From positions 160,001 through 224,000 of the IMG/VR virus record IMGVR_UViG_2974671799_000001: a stretch of 64,000 nucleotides of DNA; one strand, written 5' to 3'. The notes beneath the pieces were generated by a model. It was not told the DNA's origin and searched no databases. It saw only the letters and a list, made by a program, of their open reading frames with translations. Source of the stretch: a virus. Its lineage: Duplodnaviria; Caudoviricetes. Each line of letters starts with the position of its first letter. Within the stretch, counting starts at the first letter, position 1. The position numbers and the translations under genes are program-made. This document shows positions 58,574 through 64,000 of the stretch, piece after piece.

Positions 58574-59014
58574 ATGAATAAAAACGAGGAATCTAAACAA
58601 AATATATGTCACCTAGAGTCGTTACAGAAAGCACATGAACCTGTAATTATAGGAAATGCAGAATCGGGTGTGGCATCTTTAAAACATTTAGCTTGTCATG
58701 AAATGGGAAGTCCTTTATTACCATCAATGCCATCTATGAGTGTGGAAGACCCCGAACGAGGTCTTAATATTATAAGTGATGATGTCGAAACATATTCAGA
58801 AACTATTGAACGCTTTGGTAAAACATTTAAAATAACAGCAAATTCTATTGAAGAATTAAAGCAAGATGTTTCAAATTTTTATGAGAGTCAAGAATCTTAT
58901 TATGGGTGTCGCTCAATGAGTGCTAAGGGTCATACTACGAGTCATAAGAATATGTTAAAGATTCGTAAAAGTAAGAACCGAAAAAGAAGAAAGAACCGTA
59001 AAACACACAGATAA
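58574..59014 (+). CDS. hypothetical protein with basic C-terminal tail
   Basis: Start revised to MNKNEE behind TAtaTTTG near 58548. Confidence 0.65.
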   Translation: MNKNEESKQNICHLESLQKAHEPVIIGNAESGVASLKHLACHEMGSPLLPSMPSMSVEDPERGLNIISDDVETYSETIERFGKTFKITANSIEELKQDVSNFYESQESYYGCRSMSAKGHTTSHKNMLKIRKSKNRKRRKNRKTHR

Positions 59015-59023
59015 TATTAAAAT

Positions 59024-59653
59024 ATGAAAATGAAAGAAACTAATAATATCGAATTAATTAAGAACCTCATCGGGTTCATTCATGGTGATGATGATGTTAT
59101 TTACCATACAGAGATTGTAAAACGTAGGAAAGACCATCCAAATTTGAGTATGAAAAAGGATTCTGTTTCGTTAGGTCATTACTATATTAAATCTCTTGAC
59201 CAATATGAAAGAGTGACTGAGGAAATCAAAAACATTTGTGATGTAACTGGTGCTAGAGCTTACATAAATCTAAATGCTAAATCTATTGAATCTATTGGAC
59301 GTTTTTTCTCAAAGGAAGTTGCTGAACTATCTTCTACAGATTCTTATAAGAAAATGATGTCTATTTATCCATCATGTGTTGGTAAACAAACAGTTAAGAA
59401 AGGTTACAATAAGATGTGGTTAATTGATTGTGATGGTATTAACGTTATTCAAGATAGAGAGCTTGTTAATCATTTAATTACTTTAAGACCAATTGGAGAA
59501 GATAAGGTAATTGAGTATATCCCAACACCTAATGGTTATCATTTGATTACTAAACCATTTGATTTAGGTCGTTTTGATATTGACTTTTTAAAGATGGATG
59601 ATGTTAAGAAAAATTCACCAACTTTACTTTATTCACCAATCTTAAAAAAATAA
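59024..59653 (+). CDS. conserved phage protein, possible AEP/primase-like fold
   Basis: RRKDHP, ARAYINLN, WLIDCD (DxD) and TPNGYHLI (TxxGxH) motifs. Confidence 0.55.
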   Translation: MKMKETNNIELIKNLIGFIHGDDDVIYHTEIVKRRKDHPNLSMKKDSVSLGHYYIKSLDQYERVTEEIKNICDVTGARAYINLNAKSIESIGRFFSKEVAELSSTDSYKKMMSIYPSCVGKQTVKKGYNKMWLIDCDGINVIQDRELVNHLITLRPIGEDKVIEYIPTPNGYHLITKPFDLGRFDIDFLKMDDVKKNSPTLLYSPILKK

Positions 59654-59731
59654 ATTAAAAATATCTTTGTTATTTAGATAAAATTATTTATCTTTGGCTA
59701 TAAAGGGATTTATTAACTAAAAATTAGAAAA

Positions 59732-60217
59732 ATGAAGAAAATCTTATTAATTTTGCTAGTCATGTTTTCGTTAAACACTAGCGCACAGTACATTACAAAC
59801 ACAGATTATAGCCATATAGTTAGTGTTTTCAGAGATACAAACGGTTCATTCGGTCTTGCATTGACACAAGATTATGAAAAGTTTTACATGGGGTTAGAGG
59901 TTGAAAATTTATATAACCCTAATTATTTCATGATGTTCAACTTTTTATGTAGTGCAGGATATAATGTTAGGGGCAATGATTGGGTTTTACGTTTTGGTGG
60001 TCGTTTAGGTTTCGCAAATGTGAATTATAAAGCAAGAAGACCTGCTATTGGTGGTGAGGTTTCATTAGAGCAATATATTGATAAGTCTAATAGTATTTAC
60101 TTGGGTGTTAAAGTAACATCCGACTATTATATTAACTATCACAATTTAGAAACGAACGAACTTGAAAATGGATTTATTAGTAAATTATTTTTCAGAGTAG
60201 GGTATAAAATTAATTAA
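59732..60217 (+). CDS. outer-membrane beta-barrel protein
   Basis: Signal peptide ending TSA|Q; alternating amphipathic strands (SAGYNV, RFGGRLG, IYLGVK); C-terminal FRVGYKIN. Confidence 0.72.
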   Translation: MKKILLILLVMFSLNTSAQYITNTDYSHIVSVFRDTNGSFGLALTQDYEKFYMGLEVENLYNPNYFMMFNFLCSAGYNVRGNDWVLRFGGRLGFANVNYKARRPAIGGEVSLEQYIDKSNSIYLGVKVTSDYYINYHNLETNELENGFISKLFFRVGYKIN

Positions 60218-60227
60218 ATACAAATAT

Positions 60228-60635
60228 ATGAATAAAGTTTTAAATGTCTCAGAGGAAGACAAAAGAGGTATCAGAAAGGCAATAAAAAAGTCTTTTGGAA
60301 AAGTAAAGATTTCTTATTTCGTTAGAAGAACAAAAAGAAATATCACAGTTGATAATCAACCATACACACTAAGAACAATTTTACAAAATTGGGAAACATT
60401 TAGTAAATCATTGAAAAATAATGATTTGGGTGCATTTTCTGTTCCTGATGAGCATTATAAATTGATGGCTTATGAAATGGGTATTGGTGCTGATAGAAAC
60501 TTTATTCTATACTTTGATGATATGCCATTCGTTAATATCGTTTCACAATCTAAATCAGAAGAGGTTTCTAAAAAGATTGAGGAAGTTGGTATGATGGAAG
60601 CATTAGAAGAAGGTTCAGCCGATGTCAAAGAATAA
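60228..60635 (+). CDS. hypothetical protein
   Basis: 135-aa ORF. Confidence 0.7.
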   Translation: MNKVLNVSEEDKRGIRKAIKKSFGKVKISYFVRRTKRNITVDNQPYTLRTILQNWETFSKSLKNNDLGAFSVPDEHYKLMAYEMGIGADRNFILYFDDMPFVNIVSQSKSEEVSKKIEEVGMMEALEEGSADVKE

Positions 60636-60978
60636 ATTTATATTACAATTCCGTGATAAAAACTGGTCGCACAGGAACATCACGGAATTGTCTTTTCCAA
60701 AAACACATGATTTCATACGTAGGAATTGGAATAATATTGTACGTATGCATAATGAAAGTTTAGAAAAGCAAAAAGGAAAGCTTTTTAAGAAGCCTATGGA
60801 GTTAACTATTTCTGATGTTGATTTGGCATTGGGAATATCGGAAGAATTGGGAATCGATTTAACAAAGGATAAAATTGATTTTTTACATAAAGGAGCAAAT
60901 TTATTTAGTTTAGAGTATGAAAATAATGACACCACGGAAACAGATGAGGAATCTGAAAAGGATGGTAAATCGTCCTGA
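60622..60978 (+). CDS. hypothetical protein
   Basis: 118-aa ORF with overlapping start. Confidence 0.65.
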   Translation: MSKNKFILQFRDKNWSHRNITELSFPKTHDFIRRNWNNIVRMHNESLEKQKGKLFKKPMELTISDVDLALGISEELGIDLTKDKIDFLHKGANLFSLEYENNDTTETDEESEKDGKSS

Positions 60979-61351
60979 GAATAGGTTTATTAAACAAATT
61001 GTTGAAGATTATTATAAAAGCTTCATTGATGAATTTAATACACTTGAAAATCAAAATAAAATAACATCACCAAGAGACTATGTTATAAAACAAAGTAGTA
61101 TAACAATAAATCACTTATCGTTTGTGTGTTATATTGAACAAACCGATATGATTATTAAAAGTTTATCTTATAAAATAACATTAGAACTTGCTAAACTAGG
61201 TTGGAATGTTAATAATGTTGATGTTAGTTTTAGGAGTAGTGTGATAATTGATGATAATGTAACTGTAAATTCTGTTAGAATTATTACTGAAATGAATATG
61301 ATACCATTATCATTATGTGGTAGGTTAAGAATTAAATTATTTGGATTATGA
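60917..61351 (+). CDS. hypothetical protein (start uncertain)
   Basis: 144-aa ORF with several possible ATGs. Confidence 0.62.
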   Translation: MKIMTPRKQMRNLKRMVNRPENRFIKQIVEDYYKSFIDEFNTLENQNKITSPRDYVIKQSSITINHLSFVCYIEQTDMIIKSLSYKITLELAKLGWNVNNVDVSFRSSVIIDDNVTVNSVRIITEMNMIPLSLCGRLRIKLFGL

Positions 61352-61746
61352 TAAGTTTAAGCGATTTAGTAACATATAACCTTGAACATAAGGAAAAAAT
61401 GAAATTGTATTGTAGGCAATTCATTGAGACACATTCTAAAGGGTTAACAAAGGCTATCAAAGAACATTGGAAAAATGAAGATAATCATTATAATATTGGT
61501 TATGACTTTTTCCAAGTAGAATCTACAGTAGAATATAAGTACTCTAAGTATGAACTTTTCAAGAAAAGAAAGAAACTTTTCGAAGATGAAACGTATAAAT
61601 CTTATCTAAAAAGTGAAATGAGAAAATATTTAGAAAAAAGAGGATGGGAATTTCAGTTTGTAAGTTGCTCAACTACAAGCACTTTGAAATGTGAAAAGAC
61701 ATATTTTTATATAACAATGAAAATTTCTTTGAAGAAAAAGTCATAA
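61348..61746 (+). CDS. hypothetical protein
   Basis: ATGA overlap; 132 aa. Confidence 0.68.
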   Translation: MISLSDLVTYNLEHKEKMKLYCRQFIETHSKGLTKAIKEHWKNEDNHYNIGYDFFQVESTVEYKYSKYELFKKRKKLFEDETYKSYLKSEMRKYLEKRGWEFQFVSCSTTSTLKCEKTYFYITMKISLKKKS

Positions 61747-61803
61747 AAATTTTGTTATGACTTTTTCTTTTCATATATTTGTATAGAATTAAAAAATATA
61801 AAA

Positions 61804-62496
61804 ATGTATAAATTAACAGAAACTTTAAAAGAACAATGTGAAATCGTAGTTAAATACGGTACTAAAAAACTTGAAACAGGATTCAAAGGCAAGTCAGTTA
61901 AATCTGATGATTTTTTATCAAACATTTTCATGGAGCTAGAAAGCTTAAATGTTAATAGAACTAACAACAAAATTGCTAATTATATCAAATGGTTCATTAA
62001 ATATGATGGTTCTTGGGATTGTGTAAAAGAATATTTACAATCTGAAAAGGAACGTATGAACAAAGATAAGTTCACAAGATTTGAACACTATTATAGTGAA
62101 GACTTATTCTTAGTTATGGATGTGTTTAAAAAGATGGAAGTTGATTTGTATGATTTCCATACATATTTAGAAAATATGTCTATTTTAAATGATTTGAGTC
62201 CTGAAAATTTAAAGTATTGTATCGATAATGAATTTCTTGATATTTGGAACATATTCGATACTAATTTCAGAGGAACAATTTTAACTCATTATACGGGAGA
62301 ATCTGATGAACAATTGATTTTTAAAACTTCTAAAAAAGATTGTGAAGAATTTTCATACTATGTTCCTAGAGTTAGAAAAATAGACCATTACTGTTTTGAT
62401 TCTTTTGAAAGTGCAATGACATCGGCTATATTCGGTGGTAGATTTGAAGATACTTTAGGTGTATTATTAAATCAAGTTAAAAACGAAAATCAATAA
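61804..62496 (+). CDS. hypothetical protein
   Basis: 230-aa ORF behind a hairpin plus TAtaTTTG promoter. Confidence 0.72.
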   Translation: MYKLTETLKEQCEIVVKYGTKKLETGFKGKSVKSDDFLSNIFMELESLNVNRTNNKIANYIKWFIKYDGSWDCVKEYLQSEKERMNKDKFTRFEHYYSEDLFLVMDVFKKMEVDLYDFHTYLENMSILNDLSPENLKYCIDNEFLDIWNIFDTNFRGTILTHYTGESDEQLIFKTSKKDCEEFSYYVPRVRKIDHYCFDSFESAMTSAIFGGRFEDTLGVLLNQVKNENQ

Positions 62497-62500
62497 TATT

Positions 62501-62722
62501 ATGCAAGGAAATGTCGAAATCAAAGATTATGAATATGATAAACACTTAATTCTAGTAGGTCTTCAAATGGTAGGTTTACGAGTGGATTATCAAACAGCAG
62601 ACCTAATTGATGAGGTTATCACTAAAGTAAAAAGTGGCGAGCTTAAAGATATGGAACAAGCTATTGAACTGAAAGTCAGACATGAAGAGAAATACAAAAA
62701 ATATTTCGAATCAAAAGAGTAA
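62501..62722 (+). CDS. hypothetical protein
   Basis: 73-aa ORF. Confidence 0.62.
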   Translation: MQGNVEIKDYEYDKHLILVGLQMVGLRVDYQTADLIDEVITKVKSGELKDMEQAIELKVRHEEKYKKYFESKE

Positions 62723-62808
62723 TTTTTTTTAAAAATAAATGAAAAACCTTTGGTGGAAAGCCAAAGGTTTTTTATATTTGTATAGATTTAATAACTAAAA
62801 CAAATAAA

Positions 62809-62997
62809 ATGAATACAGAAGTAACAATCACAGCAAAAGATAAAGCGAGAATGAAATCAGTAAACTATGCTAGATTAGCAAGAAGAAATAAAGCTATGAT
62901 TTCTAAAGCTAGAGAAATGGGTTACAAAGGAATTTCAGAAGTTACTAACGAGGAACACAAGGCTATTCTTAAAGAAGTATTCGAAACAATAAAATAA
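62809..62997 (+). CDS. hypothetical protein
   Basis: 62-aa ORF behind a hairpin plus TAtaTTTG promoter. Confidence 0.62.
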   Translation: MNTEVTITAKDKARMKSVNYARLARRNKAMISKAREMGYKGISEVTNEEHKAILKEVFETIK

Positions 62998-63015
62998 TAT
63001 AAAACAAAAATAAAA

Positions 63016-63222
63016 ATGCAAAATTTAGTAGGTCAAACAATCGTAGCAAATGTAACATCAAGTAGTTCATTTTATAAAAAAGTAGAAGGTGTTGTTATTG
63101 AAGATAAAGGTGATAGATTGGAAATACAAGCAACTAGAGTTATTTCTAACTGGTCTAGTGAATGGAAAAACCATCCTACAAGTTGTGCAATGAGTGTTTT
63201 AAGAACAAATTTAATAAAATAA
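63016..63222 (+). CDS. hypothetical protein
   Basis: 68-aa ORF with A-rich leader. Confidence 0.62.
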   Translation: MQNLVGQTIVANVTSSSSFYKKVEGVVIEDKGDRLEIQATRVISNWSSEWKNHPTSCAMSVLRTNLIK

Positions 63223-63235
63223 AAATCAAACAAAA

Positions 63236-63586
63236 ATGGCAATTAAGACTATTGATGCAAAAGAAATTACAACGAAACAGGAATTTTTCGATTTAGTAAA
63301 AACATTAGACCCAAAATGTGGTCAAGACATAAGAGTTAATCTACCTGATAATTGTTTTTATAAGTGCTTTGTTTTAGAGCATAGTGATGATGATAGCTAC
63401 GGTAATGAAAAAGGTTATAGTTATACACTTTCGTATAATTTGAATGTTTCGGGAAGAACAGGTTATGATTTTCCTATGATTGGTTCAACTGATATGGTTA
63501 AAACATTTAAGACAAAAAGCGGATGTATCAGGAGACTTGTAAAAAACATCGATTGGATAAATGATTCTAAATTTATACAAGGGTAA
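63236..63586 (+). CDS. hypothetical protein
   Basis: 116-aa ORF. Confidence 0.68.
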   Translation: MAIKTIDAKEITTKQEFFDLVKTLDPKCGQDIRVNLPDNCFYKCFVLEHSDDDSYGNEKGYSYTLSYNLNVSGRTGYDFPMIGSTDMVKTFKTKSGCIRRLVKNIDWINDSKFIQG

Positions 63587-63588
63587 AT

Positions 63589-63975
63589 ATGAAAGTTATA
63601 AAAGTAAAACCTGTTATTAGTGATGGTATGACTAGACAGAAAATTTCGGAAAAGATTAAAAATATTATTTCAAGTAGAGAAGTTATTTATAATGATATTG
63701 GAACACTTAGTGTTAATGATATTAAAGTTAAAATAGCTTATATAAAGGGTATTAAGGAAGGAAATGTTAACTTTTGTTATACAAACACTAAAGATAAAAC
63801 CATCGATATAAATTCTAAGATAATGATTGATTATCGAAAATTCGGTGAGTTTGAATCTAGACCTAGAATAAATCAAGGTTTTGAATTAGATGCTGTTTAT
63901 GTTGGTGTTAAGAAATTAACATTAGATATGACAAAAGATATTATACAATATGTTACTAATTTTTTAACTGATTAG
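63589..63975 (+). CDS. hypothetical protein
   Basis: 128-aa ORF ending in TAG. Confidence 0.68.
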   Translation: MKVIKVKPVISDGMTRQKISEKIKNIISSREVIYNDIGTLSVNDIKVKIAYIKGIKEGNVNFCYTNTKDKTIDINSKIMIDYRKFGEFESRPRINQGFELDAVYVGVKKLTLDMTKDIIQYVTNFLTD

Positions 63976-64000
63976 TTTTCATTTTTTATTTTTTAATTGA

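Noticed and set aside
2644-63876. Many short antisense or alternate-frame ORFs in the track (e.g. 2644, 3035, 3435, 13057, 22671, 27903, 30850, 37111, 37212, 40692, 47377, 60615)
   Set aside because: They lie largely within stronger genes, lack motifs and leaders, and look like shadow ORFs.
1-64000. Genome-wide TAG recoding (genetic code 15) suggested by the CUA tRNA
   Set aside because: Conserved and structural genes are uninterrupted in code 11, coding density is already high, and TAG ends several genes cleanly; only one internal TAG was found.

Overview
This 64 kb window is a very AT-rich, densely coding segment of a large T4-like myovirus (jumbo-phage-like) that most likely infects Bacteroidota, probably Flavobacteriaceae. 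Host evidence: roughly 30 copies of the Bacteroidota housekeeping promoter (TTG/TTTG...TAnnTTTG), SD-less A-rich start regions, and signal peptides that expose Gln after cleavage. T4-like evidence: gp6- and gp25-like baseplate genes, gp39/60 and gp52 topoisomerase II subunits, PseT-like Pnk, Rnl1, T-holin-like proteins and AC(A/T)ATAAATA late-promoter motifs. It also carries thyA, nrdB, nrdA, DHFR, thioredoxin, an amidase endolysin, a sigma-70-like factor, many small unknown genes, a cluster of unusual tRNA-like and structured RNAs, and two copies of a 133-bp non-coding element. The standout observation is a Pth2 (peptidyl-tRNA hydrolase 2)-HD fusion gene that begins ATG-AAA-TAG, with an in-frame amber at codon 3 upstream of the N-terminal Pth2 motif. 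It lies about 2.5 kb downstream of a phage tRNA with a CUA (amber suppressor) anticodon, although the rest of the window uses the standard code. This suggests a readthrough-gated translation-rescue system. All calls come from reading motifs by eye; no database searches were run.
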